Part shown: piece by piece, positions 13,256-25,038 of the stretch | Numbering within the stretch: position 1 is the first letter of the stretch | Layout of the letters: the number at the start of each line of letters is the position of its first letter | NCBI RefSeq assembly: GCF_006345805.1 | Contig: NC_043000.1 | Coordinates: forward strand, 41,168,001-41,232,000 | Origin: Octopus sinensis | Taxonomy: Eukaryota | DNA: 64,000 nucleotides | Reading direction: 5' to 3' | Position numbers and translations under genes: made by a program | The notes under the pieces: generated by a model | What the model was told of the DNA's origin: nothing | The model's database searches: none | Seen by the model: the letters and a program-made list of their open reading frames with translations, nothing else

Positions 13256-14013
13256 TTATTTTGCTTCAGTGATATTTATTTTTTACATTAATCTTAATCT
13301 TATTTCGGCCAGAGTTCTTTCGTCACACTCCTGTGACCGCATCAGTGGTCCTTTGTTTTCTTCTTTCGTATTTGTGTCTCTCCTTATTAACCGTCAGCCA
13401 TTTTGTATTTCTATTGTATGTCTTCATTTGCGCATGCTTATATCTCTATGTGCGTCTATGTTTATTTAGTGTGTGTGTATGGGGGATGCCTGTAATATTT
13501 GTATCTTCTGTTTATATACATTCATGTAATTTGTATTTTGTTTTTGTTGTTGTTGCTTTTGTTCTAATTTTGTTCATGTGTTTACATCCACCCATTATTA
13601 TCATTACTATCATTATTATTATTATTACTAATATTGTTGTTATACATACATACAAGCATATGTAATGATAATAATGGGTGGATGTAAACACATGAACAAA
13701 ATTAGAATAAAAGCAACAACAACAAAAACAAAATACAAATTACATGAATGTATATAAACAGAAGATACAAATATTGCAGGCATCCCTCCCACACACACAC
13801 TAAATAAACATAGACGCACATAGAGATATAAGCATGCGCAAATGAAGACATACAATAGAAATACAAAATGGCTGACGGTTAGTAAGGAGAGACACAAATA
13901 CGAAAGAAGAAAACAAAGAACCACTGATGCGGTCACAGGAGTGTGACGAAAAAACTCTGGCCGAAATAAGATTAAGATTAATGTAAAAAATAAATATCAC
14001 TGAAGCAAAATAA
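13256..14013. repeat. Long inverted duplication, two ~352-bp arms with a 54-bp spacer
   Basis: 13256-13607 is the near-identical reverse complement of 13662-14013; ORFs 13333-13665(+) and 13640-13936(-) give almost the same peptide. Confidence 0.95.
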
Positions 14014-14029
14014 TATATATATATATATA

Positions 14030-14420
14030 GGCGCAGGAGTGGCTGTGTGGTAAGTGGCTTGTTTACCAACCACATGGTTCCGGGTTCAGTATCACTGCGT
14101 GGCACCTTGGGCAAGTGTCTTCTGCTATAGCCTCGGGCCAACCAAAGCCTTGTGAGTGGATTTGGTAGACGGAAACTGAAAGAAGCCCGTCGTATATATG
14201 TATCTATATGCGTGTGTGTGTTTGTGTGTCTGTGTTTGTCCCCCTAGCATTGCTTGACAACTGATGCTGGTGTGTTTATGTCCCCGTTACTTGGCGGTTC
14301 GGCAAAAGAGATAGAATAAGTACTGGGCTTACAAAAAGAATAAGTCCTGGGGTCGAGTTGCTCGATTAAAGGCGGTGTTCCAGCATGGCCGCAGTCAAAT
14401 GACTGAAAGAAGTAAAAGAG
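14030..14420 (+). mobile_element. SINE family A, full length
   Basis: ggcgcaggagtggctgtgtggtaag head through ccgcagtcaaatgactgaaagaagtaaaagag tail. Confidence 0.9.
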
Positions 14421-14500
14421 AAAAAGAGAGAGAAAGAGAAAGAGAGAGATATAGGTATATATAGAGAGAGAAAGAGAGAAAAAGAAATATGTGTGTATGC

Positions 14501-14590
<90 letters not shown>

Positions 14591-14591
<1 letters not shown>

Positions 14592-15199
14592 AAAGTAAAC
14601 AAAGTTTGCTTTAGAAGCGTTGAGATGTATTGAAAGATACAGATAAGGATTTTTTTAAATTCTCAAACTCATGATAATGCTAATACTATGGACTCCGCCG
14701 GTTACGACGTCGAGGGTCCCAGCTGATACGATCAACGGAACAGCTTGCTCGTGAAATTAACGTGCAAATGGCTGAGCATTCCACAGACACGTGTACCCTT
14801 AACGTAGTTCTCGGGGATAATCAGCGTGACACAGAGAGTGACAAGGCTGACCCTTTGAAGTACAAGTACAACTCATTTTTGCCAGCTGAGTGGACTGGAG
14901 CAACGTGAAATAAAGTGTCTTGCTCAAGGACACAACGCGTCGCCGGGAATCGAACTCACAACCTTACGATCATGAGCCGAATGCCCTAACCACTAAGCCA
15001 CGCGCCCTCACTTTGCTAATACTATAGCATGAACAGGATAAACTATCCATATATTGCAGAAAAATGCAAGACGCGTAATCACAGGGATGTGAGTTCGAGT
15101 TTCATGGCTGGCTGGCTGGCTGGTAACGATTTTTTCTGCAATATGTGAATAGTTTATCCTATTCATGCTATTGTCTTAGCATTATCATACGTTTGAGAA
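14591..15199. mobile_element. Foldback/MITE-like element with tRNA-like core, interrupted by a SINE
   Basis: Left arm (14591-14689 plus 15026-15063) pairs with 15130-15199; core 15066-15112 gcaagacgcgtaatcacagggatgtgagttcgagtttcatggctggc; second copy at 17509-17875. Confidence 0.65.
14690..15013 (-). mobile_element. SINE family B, full length with 12-bp TSD
   Basis: Minus strand reads tggcttagtgg (A box), gagttcgattccc (B box), gtgtccttgagcaagacactttatttcacgttgctccag; TSD tgctaatactat at 14678-14689 and 15014-15025. Confidence 0.9.
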
Positions 15200-15481
15200 T
15201 GACAAAGTAACACCGATCATATAGTCATATTTGTATTAAGAAAGACTCAAACGTATATGGAATAATAGATATGTTATTGTTTGGATTCTCGCTATTTTGC
15301 ATGCACCCCACCAATGATTAAACAATATTTAGAAATAATTTTATTTCTAAATATTGTTTAATCATTGGTGGGGTGCATGCAAAATAGCGAGAATCCAAAC
15401 AATAACATATCTATTATTCCATATACGTTTGAGTCTTTCTTAATACAAATATGACTATATGATCGCTGTTACTTTTTGTCA
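15200..15481. repeat. Near-perfect palindrome, ~140-bp arms, 2-nt centre
   Basis: Symmetric about 15339-15340 (agaaataa tt ttatttct); differences seen only near the outer ends. Confidence 0.95.
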
Positions 15482-17443
15482 TCCACATCGTACGACCCCA
15501 GTTACATCACAGACATTTAATGCTAGGCCCCCGTGTGCAGCATTTTTTCCTTATAAAGAGTAAGTTTCGACAACACATGTGATTCACCGGTGCAAGCTGA
15601 ATTTGAAACCCCGCAATATATCGAGGTTGTTTTCTACCTCCTTAGTCAAAGCTACCTCGACGGAAAGGCTCTTGTTTACAGAATTCATCAAATGAATTAC
15701 CTGCTGTTGCTTGCTGAGGTTTCCCATACAAACAATAGTTAATGTAGAAACACACAATAAGGTCGAAACACTGCATTCTCTCAAATTCACCGTACACCGA
15801 TGAATCGGGTGTTTTAACATCACCTAAAACTGCACATGTTTTCCGATGACGAAAAAACTCAACTAGAGTATATGTTTGACGTTGCACTCGACCGAAGGAG
15901 GAGTGCGCAATTTTGAAGTAACCCGCCAATTTTATGAGCTGTACTCTACTTTTGAGTGAATCTTACTCATGGAGAAATTCCGGTATTAGGAAGGTTTTTT
16001 TCACGGTCGAACAAGTTCGGCTTTCCAGCCGTTAGTGAAATTTAAAGTCACCTTATCAGACGAAGAAGCTACTTCAATGTCGCCCTACTGATTATAGTTT
16101 GAATGTCGTGAACTGCAGTATGATGGTGGAATTATTTGAGGTTAATCTTGGAAGAATTAAATTTAATAAGCCATGTCTTTCCACATTGTACGACCCAGGT
16201 AACATCACAGAAATTTACTGCTAGGCCCCAATGTGCAGCATTCAGGAAGAATGACTATAAAATACGGTATTGGCAAATACGTTAACAAGAGAAGCTATTA
16301 TTTTGTCAGTAACTGATAAACAGTAGGGTAAGCCTAGTTTCCAGGACGGAGCCTTGTGGTAAGCCTGCACTGATTTCATAAATGTCAGAAGTTCATCCCT
16401 TTAGTGTATCAGTCTTACAAATGAGTGATACACTGAAATTTAGTAGTTGAAACTAGTGGGTATGTCTGGTGAAGATGACCTGATTTAGTCAGTCATCGAG
16501 CTTGGAAAATAAATCATACAGGCATGCATGCACACATAGTGCATACATGCATACATCAATATATGCATACATACAAACATGCAGGCTACAAACTCGAATG
16601 GAATACTCCCATAAAATCTTCCATCAAGTGTAAATATTGTAGAAAAAGTGTAAACACACACGCGCACGCACACACTATCCCCTCAGCACACAAACACGCA
16701 CACACACACACACATATATATATATGTATATATAAACACACGAATAAAAAGTACTCCATCTTTTTGTTGATATTAACGGAAAAGTAAACTATAGTAACAC
16801 GTAAATTTGCACATATAGATTTCCACACACACACACACACAAACAGACACACATGGGCACATACATACACGTGCACACACGCACATACACACACACACAC
16901 ACATACTGTGGTGCTGATTTCGGCAAATCAAAAATTAAAGGCGATCATATTCACTGTGGTATAGAAACCAAATTATTATTGATTTAAACATTAAAATCCT
17001 TGTACAGAACGGCAACAACTATTAGTTTGAATTCTTTTAAAGTTTGGAAAATATTTTGAACCCTCTTTAGAATTTGAAAAATTTTAGGTCAACCATTACG
17101 ATTGCATGAATTCTAGAGCCCCACCTCCATCGTTCAGGAAATTTGAGGATGGTATAATATATCTTTTTATTTTCAGTGTACACAGAGGGGCTGTACATAT
17201 GGCTTTTCTGTGCACCTTCAGTTGAAGTTTTGACTGTGTTTAGGTTCTGGAGGGATGGTCTTTCCATATTGGTGTTTATCTTTGTCATTGTGACAACGAG
17301 GAATGACGAAAAGTGTGGTGATCAAACACAATACTGTGTCATACATACATATACAGGTTCGAGTATGCCTCAAGCATATTTGAACTTATATACATACATA
17401 CATACATATATATTACACATCACTGCTCAGCGCTACTACTTCG

Positions 17444-17495
<52 letters not shown>

Positions 17496-17508
17496 GTTAA
17501 CTTACGTT

Positions 17509-17875
17509 GAAAGTCAAGGACCAAAGTTTGCTTTAGAAGCGTTGAAAATGTATTGAAAGATACAGATAATGAAATTATTTTTTATTCTCAAACGCAGGAT
17601 AATGCTAATAGCATAGCATGAACAAGATAAGTTACCCGTATTTTGCATAAAACTCTGTCGGTGGCCAGCCATGAGATTCGAACTCACATCCCTGTGATTT
17701 CGCGTCAAGTGCTTTACCATTAAGCTAAACTGCCCTTCGACAAATTCTTCTGCAAATTTAGGACATATTAATCTAGCTATATAAGACGCTATGGTTAGTT
17801 TATCTTGTTCATGCAATGTTATTAGCATTATCCTGCTTTTGAGAACAAAATTATTTCCTTATCTCTATCTTTCAA
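17509..17875. mobile_element. Foldback/MITE-like element with tRNA-like core, second copy with core in opposite orientation
   Basis: 17555-17637 pairs with 17793-17875; left arm shared with 14591-14689; shows the uninterrupted site where the other copy carries SINE B. Confidence 0.65.
17662..17735 (-). pseudogene. tRNA-like sequence (74 nt), probably non-functional or a SINE head
   Basis: GGGCAGT-TT-AGCTTAATGGTAAAGC-A-CTTGACGCGAAATCACA-GGGAT-GTGAGTTCGAATCTCAT-GGCTGGCCA: good D and T arms, acceptor 6/7 pairs, anticodon stem 3/5 pairs, lacks U33. Confidence 0.6.
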
Positions 17876-17895
17876 CACACACACACACACACACA

Positions 17896-17932
<37 letters not shown>

Positions 17933-17950
17933 ATATATATATATATATAG

Positions 17951-18018
<68 letters not shown>

Positions 18019-18364
18019 TTATATATATATATATGTATGTATATATGTATGTATGTATGTATGTATATAATGCATTTCTAAATCTCTCAGAGAGAATTAT
18101 ACAGTAGCAGCACGTTAAAGAGATAGTATGCTGTCAACTTAATTTGACAGTCCCATGAAAGGTAAGAATGGTACTGCTATTTAGCCCTAGGAAACACCGT
18201 TTCCTGTTGGCCTTGACAATTTCCTGTGTTCTTATGTTATCAAAAGGGAGATAAGTACTTCTACCCAGAAAAGCCAGGCACCAGAAACTAGTTTCAGAGT
18301 CATTACTCATCATGAATCTGAAGTAGCATGGCTTGTTAGCTGTCGATATCTATTCGCCTTTGAA

Positions 18365-18440
<76 letters not shown>

Positions 18441-18441
<1 letters not shown>

Positions 18442-21400
18442 TAAGACTCCTCCTCCAAGTGCTTGGATTGTACTTCGGCGTTACGTAATAGGAAATGTGA
18501 ACAACAATGAGTTGCATCTTTTACAAATGTGCTCTGAGCTACAGTTGATTGTTGGGGACACTTTCTTTCATAAAGTTACCTGGATTCATCCAAGACCAAA
18601 GCAAGGTCACATGATTGACATTGCATTATCTCGGAAAGCTGACTTACAAGTCATGCGCAGTCTCAGCATATTGCGAAGTGCCGATTGTGATACTGATCAC
18701 AAAATGTTTTGGGCTAAGTTCAAGTTCCGGGTTCGTAAGAAGATTCGTGGTGCAGGTGTACGAGTACCAAAAAAAATTGATGTAGAGCAGCTAAAACAAC
18801 CACAAGTTTTGCAATTGTTTCAGAAGAGATGTAGCAATGATCATTTTCAAGATTCATGCCAATCTTTTCGGGATGGAATATATAAAATAGGATCAGAGGT
18901 GTTAGGTTTTAAGAGGTGACAGCACCAAGATTAGTTTGATTCCAGTGATACAGTGATAAATGAGGTTTTAGCAACAAAAGAGGGCCACTCATGAAAAGCT
19001 TCTCGACCCAAACGTTAAGAACAAAGTGTAACTAGAAAAGATGCACAAGTCTCAGAAAGCAGACTTGCAAAAAGATCTCAAGAAGCTTAAAGACACTTGG
19101 TAGAGAAATTTGTTCGAGGAAGTAAAGGTAGCCTATGACAGTAAAAACATTAAAAGTTTCTATAGTTTACCGTGGCAAGCTTTTGGACTGCAATTTTCAT
19201 CATATGTTCCCTTGAAGTCGAAAGATGAATATGAGGGTATTAAAGATGCTCCTGAAATAATGAATAGATGGAAAGAACACTTTGCAGATCTTTTCCACAA
19301 ACCTTCTGTAGTGAATATTAATATCATAAACAACATTCCTCAAAGAGAGATAGTACAACATATGAACGTTACACCGTCCATTTAAGAAGTAAATCTGGCA
19401 TTATGTAAAAAGTAAATCTAGCATCATGTAAACGGAGATCAGGTAAATCTCTTGGATTGGATGGTATTCCAGTTGAAATTCTGAAAGCAGGTGTGGATCA
19501 TATTTCATATGAAATTCATAACCTGATAACTCGAGTTTGGAATGAATATTCTATGCTACAAGAATGGATAAATGGCATTTTAATCTCTGTATACAAGGGT
19601 GAGGGTCCAAAAGCAGCGTATGGAAATTTTAGAGAGGTAACTCCCCTGACACATAACGGGAAGATACTTTCAAGGATAATGTTAGATCGTCTTGTTGGGA
19701 ATGTGTGTCCACATGTGATTCCTGAAGAACAATGTGTCTTCAGACCTGAACGAGAAACAATGGACATGACATTTTCTATGAGGCAGGTTCAAGAGAAATG
19801 TTTAGAGGAACAAATTCCATTACACCTGGTCTTTATAGATTTAACTAAGGCATTTGACACAGTAAACAGGGAGGCACCGTGATTTGTTTTGTTTAAACTT
19901 GGTTGACCAACACGTTTTGTAAGTATCTTCAAGGAACTACATAGCAGCATAAAAACTCAGGTAGCCTTTAATGGTGAACTATCTCAAAAATTTTCGGTGA
20001 GCAACGGTATCAAGCAGAGAGATATTCCTGCCCCTACACGTTTCTCTATTTATTTTGCTGTATTAATTTGGTATGCTTTCAAGGATTGCAACAGGGGAAT
20101 CGGAATCAGATTTCGGACACCTGGTCGTATTTTTAATCTGACCCGGTTTAACTGCAGAGCAAAGACTTTCAAAGTACTTGTACAGAATTACCTTATGCTA
20201 ATGTTGTTGATTTGTTGGCACACTCAGAAAGGGATACGCAACATTTAATGGACAGATTTTCCACTGCATGTGTAGATTTTGGACTCACAATTAGTCTTGT
20301 GAAAACCAAAATAATGTTTACTCCCGTGCCAGGACATACACATTCTGAACAAAACATTTTTGTGAATGGAATAAGGTTAGAAGTCTTTGACACTTTTATG
20401 TACCTAGGACGCACACTGTCATGAGATGGTAGTCTTGATGCAGAGATATACTATCGAATAGGGAAGAGAAGGGTTGCAGTTGGAAAGCTCGAAAAGCGAG
20501 TATGGGCGAATAGAGGTATTCCCCTGCAGACAAAAATCAGTGTCTATAAAGCGTGTGTATTGTCTGCACTTCTTTATTCGAGTGAGACATGGACCGCTTA
20601 CAAGCGTCATATAAAAATACTGGAGAGATTTCATCAAAAGTGCCTCAGACATATCTTAAGAGTCAAGTGGAAATGTTTCATACCAGTGACGGAGGTTTTA
20701 GGCATGGCACATTGCAGCTCAGTTGAACAACATGTTATCTTGTCTCAAATGAGATAGACTGGATATGTTATTGGAATGAAAGGCGAGCGTTTGCCAAGCG
20801 TCATATTTATGGTGAGTTCAACTGTGGTAAACGACCACGACATAAACCGAGGAAAAGTTATAAAGAATGTGTGAAAGAAAACCTGAAGAAACTAGATATG
20901 AAGAAAAATGATGTTCTAGATCGGAACAAGTGAAGAAATGCTGTTAGGAATGGATGCAATGCCTGGGAGGAAAAATGATCTAGCACTCTGAATTTAAAAG
21001 TGCCTGTCGCAAAGGAACAATTGGACCTGTAATCAATGGTGAACATTGGACATATATTATATGCGACCGTGTTCTGTTGTCATAAGCAGGATACGTGAAT
21101 CATATGAAGTCATGTCACATGAAAATCGTAATGCCCAGATAGGTAATAATCTTGGACACCAACCGCCTCTTATTACTTGTGTCATATGTCAAAAAACTTG
21201 TAAGACAATATCTGGGCTTAAAAGACATATGCTAGTTCACAAAAACATTCTTTCAGAATCAGATTCCACAGGGCAAAGTTATAGAAGGAATTTGAATAAT
21301 ATATGTCACTTGTGTTTTAAACCCTGTCAGCAGCAGCGGGTCTTAAAAGTCATCTAAGGGCTCATCAACGGAGAGATTGTGCTATGTGATTGGGGTGTGG

Positions 21401-21450
21401 TGTGTGTGTGTTGATGGGACGGCTATCGTCTGTCAAGATGAAGCAATCAT
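18441..21450 (+). mobile_element. RTE-clade LINE, 5'-truncated and decayed (APE C-terminus, RT, two C2H2 fingers)
   Basis: APE motifs TWIHPRPKQGHMID and SADCDTDH; RT motifs DGIPVEILK, FIDLTKAFDTVNR, NGIKQRD; YADD mutated to YANV; LLYSSETW; C-terminal CVICQKTCKTISGLKRHMLVH; many stops and frameshifts. Confidence 0.92.
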
Positions 21451-21475
21451 GTGTGTGTGTGTATATATATATATA

Positions 21476-21700
21476 TTTCTTTATTGCCCACAAGGGGCTA
21501 AACATAGAGGGGACAAACAAAGACAGACAAAGGGATTAAGTCGATTACATCGACCCAGTGCGTAACTGGTATTTTATTTACCGACCCCGAAAGGGTGAAA
21601 GGCAAAGTCGACCTCAGCGGAATTTGAACTCAGAACGTAACGGCAGATGAAATACGACTACGCATTTCGTCCGGTGTGCTAACGAGTCTGCCAGATCGCC
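21476..21700 (-). mobile_element. SINE family C, full length
   Basis: Reverse complement of the 9123-9349 and 45607-45839 family. Confidence 0.88.
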
Positions 21701-21721
21701 TTATATATATATATAAAGTTC

Positions 21722-22013
21722 ATGAATGATTATGGGATTGCACATAGAAAGTTCATCTCCGATGCACAAGTACGGGCAAAGTTACATTATGGAAGACCAG
21801 CAATCTCTCATGCATACCAGCCTCCCGTCTCCACGCCACCGATGTTATTCAAGGGAAAGAAAAGGTCAATACAGCTTGGCACGAGCGGCGTCGCAATTCA
21901 TTTCTACAACTGTGTGAACTGGAGCAACGTGAAATAAAGTGTCTTACTCAAGAGCACAACACACAGCCCGGTCCGGAAATCGAACTCACTACATGATAAT
22001 AGTGAGCCCAACG

Positions 22014-22015
<2 letters not shown>
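21722..22015 (-). mobile_element. tRNA-derived SINE (family E; B-like head and centre, different tail)
   Basis: actggagcaacgtgaaataaagtgtcttactcaag and gaaatcgaactcac are shared with family B; the tail 21722-21900 differs. Confidence 0.65.
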
Positions 22016-22047
<32 letters not shown>

Positions 22048-22639
22048 TGTATTATAAATTATAATGATAATGCTAACTAACGACTTACACTTCGCGCGTT
22101 TATTTCTTTGTACTTCTCACTAAAAGATCGATTTTTATTTTCAGGAATACCAAGGGTTACAATCCTTTCAAAAATACCTCTCTGAATCATTGTATTTGAA
22201 TAATTTCCCGTAAACTTAATTAGCTAGAACTTGTATCAAAATAGCTAATTTTCAAATATCCAAAAATCACCTGCCTTCATTTTCACACGTCCAATAATAG
22301 ACAGATTTTTTAGAAATCTATGTTTTACGTCACGTATTGTTTTTTACCTCAAAATGCACCACCTCCTTTTCATCGTAATTTATTTCTCTTAAAAAATTCT
22401 CAACCAAAACAAAACTTGTTTTTAATTTAATACTACCACTCTTTAACATATAAAAGAATTGCTCTCAGAAACAACTGGTACACAAACATATTGATTTAAC
22501 TCACACACGTGTGCATACATACATACATACATACATACATACATACATACATACATACATACATACGTACATACATACATTCATACATACATACATACGT
22601 ACATATATACATATTTACGTACGTGTGAGAGAGAGAGAG

Positions 22640-22679
<40 letters not shown>

Positions 22680-23150
22680 TAAGAGTATGCGTGTGTGCAT
22701 GTGTATGTGTGCTTGTATTCATTGTACTAAAGAAATGTATTCTGTAAGGAGCGAGCGTATATCAAGAGGGCTGATTCTGTAAGACTTATTTGCTGTAAAG
22801 TATGCAGGGGTAAAGAGGTTCTAGATTTAAAGACTACAACTTACTGTGTACCTGACTTCAAGAGTTACTGATGAGCTGTTCCTATCATATATTTAAGTCA
22901 CTGGTCGCACAGACGTTCTGGCTATATTGGTGCAAAGTTATGTCTCTGCAATCCGTGACAAAATATGCTTGTTGATATGATTGTTCCAAGGATTGCGCAA
23001 CTTAGTTAAATCTGTTCAGCTGTCTAATTATTCTGTGGACAAGAGTTCTTATCGTCATCATTCCACGTATTTAGTTCATTATTTTGTCTCAGGACATTCA
23101 CTGCAAATTCATTTAAGCCTGACCAAAAGTAACTTTCAATAATTGACACT

Positions 23151-23220
<70 letters not shown>

Positions 23221-23261
23221 ACACACGCACACACTCACATACACATATACAAACGCACCCA

Positions 23262-23395
23262 ATATTTCAATACCGATCTTGTCAGTTGGCAAGCATGGGA
23301 ATAAAACTTTCAAAAGTAATAATTATTATTAAAATTATAATTTAGGGTATCTGAGAGATACCACCACGCTGGAAATAGCAGTCAAAACTTGACCC
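23262..23395. repeat. Partial copy of the foldback element at 24725-24976 (one arm plus inverted core)
   Basis: taccgatcttgtcagttggcaagcatgggaataaaac matches the 24770-24810 arm; the following segment is the reverse complement of 24816-24885. Confidence 0.7.
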
Positions 23396-23559
23396 TAAAA
23401 CCACATTAAATGTTCATACAGCACCAGGAGAGAAGACAGTGAGACAAAATAAACTAGCAAAAAAATTACTGGATAATTCCAGATCCCGGATTTCTGACTC
23501 CGCATAAGAAATGCTCTGCCTTCATGATTGGAATATACTCAGATAGCACATACATACAA

Positions 23560-23656
<97 letters not shown>

Positions 23657-23928
23657 ATATATATATATATATATATAAACTTAGATAAACTTAGATATGT
23701 TTCGACCAGAGATTGGTCCAGGCCATGTCTAAATATATATATATATATATAATAATAAATATTAGGGAATAAATCCAAATTTACAGGGAAAAATTCAGAT
23801 TTAGGATTAAATCCAATTTTATAGTAAAATATTATATAATATTAATTAGAGACAAAACCACTATTTTGCAAAACAAACAAGGAAAGACTTAATCAATACA
23901 TAAAATTTAATAAAAAGTAAAAAAACCG

Positions 23929-23972
23929 CCACTACAATTGTTTCATGTCTTCTAATGACAATCTTCAGGTGA
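23929..23972 (-). ncRNA. Minimal type I hammerhead ribozyme motif (mirror copy lacking the stem II closing G)
   Basis: Minus strand: TCAC-CTGAAGA-T-TGTC attagaa GACA-T-GAAAC-AATT-GTA-GTGG. Confidence 0.55.
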
Positions 23973-24038
23973 ATTCCGATTTTCAAATCAGTTTCAATTT
24001 ATGAAGTCATAAATTGAAACTGATTTGAAAATCGGAAT

Positions 24039-24083
24039 CCACCTGAAGATGTGTCATTAGAAGACATGAAACAATTGTAGTGG
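24039..24083 (+). ncRNA. Minimal type I hammerhead ribozyme motif
   Basis: CCAC-CTGAAGA-T-GTGTC attagaa GACAT-GAAAC-AATT-GTA-GTGG: 4-bp stem I, intact core, 5-bp stem II, palindromic stem III (ACAATTGT), GUA cleavage triplet ending at 24079. Confidence 0.7.
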
Positions 24084-24340
24084 CGGTTTTTTACTTTTTA
24101 TTAAATTTTATGTATTGATTAAGTCTTTCCTTGTTTGTTTTGCAAAATAGTGGTTTTGTCTCTAATTAATATTATATATATATATATTATATATATTATA
24201 TATATATATACAACATACGATATACTTACGTATACGAACATATACATACATATATATGCACACGACCAGTTTAAATTGCCCGCCTAAAACTCCTCATGCG
24301 ATATTGTCAAAATATCACCGCAGTGAATATAATGACGACA

Positions 24341-24723
24341 TCTCTCTCTATATAAACGGCAGTTTGTCTGTCTGCGTGTCTGTGTGTCTGTTAGGTTGTA
24401 CCCTCACTCTGACCACGGCTTTCAACCGATTCTGATGAAACTTGACACACACATAGCCCAATGTCATAATTCAAAACTAACGCAGCGAAAATTTTGAAAA
24501 GTTCCCCCAGTTCTTAAAAAAATCGATAAATTCGACATGGGGTCGAGAATCAGAAACACAAATCACAGACTGTCTAGGGGATGCAACTCGACCTTTTTAA
24601 CTCTCAAAAAAATTTACCATAATTTTTTTTCCATTTTTTTGCTATTTTTTGGCTATAACTCTCTAAAAATGCTTTATAGTTATTTCCCTTACAAACCCGA
24701 GCAACGCCGGGCGATACTGCTAG
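24341..24723 (+). mobile_element. Non-autonomous Helitron
   Basis: 5' TC start, subterminal hairpin cccgagcaacgccggg, 3' CTAG end, inserted between A and T; near-identical copy at 50921-51292. Confidence 0.85.
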
Positions 24724-24724
24724 T

Positions 24725-24976
24725 AAATATATAAATGTACATAAATAAGGTTAAGATCGATATTTAAATACCGATCTTATCAGGTGGCCAGCATGGGAAT
24801 AAAAATTTTCAAAGGTTTGACTGCTATTTCCAGCGTGGTGGTATCTCTTAGATACCCTAAATTATAATTTTAATAATAATTATTACCTTTGAATGTTTTT
24901 ATTCCATCGCTGGCCACCTAAGAAGATCGGTATTTAAATATCGATCTTATCCTTATTTATATAAATTTATATATTT
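24725..24976. repeat. Foldback element with ~90-bp imperfect inverted arms
   Basis: 24725-24815 pairs with 24886-24976 around a 70-bp core. Confidence 0.75.
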
Positions 24977-24986
24977 ATTTCCTCAT

Positions 24987-25038
<52 letters not shown>

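Larger units (their letters stand above)
23833..24178. repeat. 346-bp palindrome (172-bp arms, 2-nt centre) carrying two hammerhead motifs
   Basis: Symmetric about 24005-24006; three differences between arms counted by eye. Confidence 0.95.

Noticed and set aside
17662-17735. Functional tRNA gene
   Set aside because: Anticodon stem has only 3 of 5 pairs, U33 is absent, and the sequence is embedded in a repeat; kept as tRNA-like only.
21046-21357. Host C2H2 zinc-finger gene
   Set aside because: Contiguous with the RTE reading frame and followed by the element's 3' tail; second finger is frameshifted.
24431-24442. ctgatgaaac inside both Helitron copies
   Set aside because: No stem II between CUGAUGA and GAAA; part of the Helitron body.
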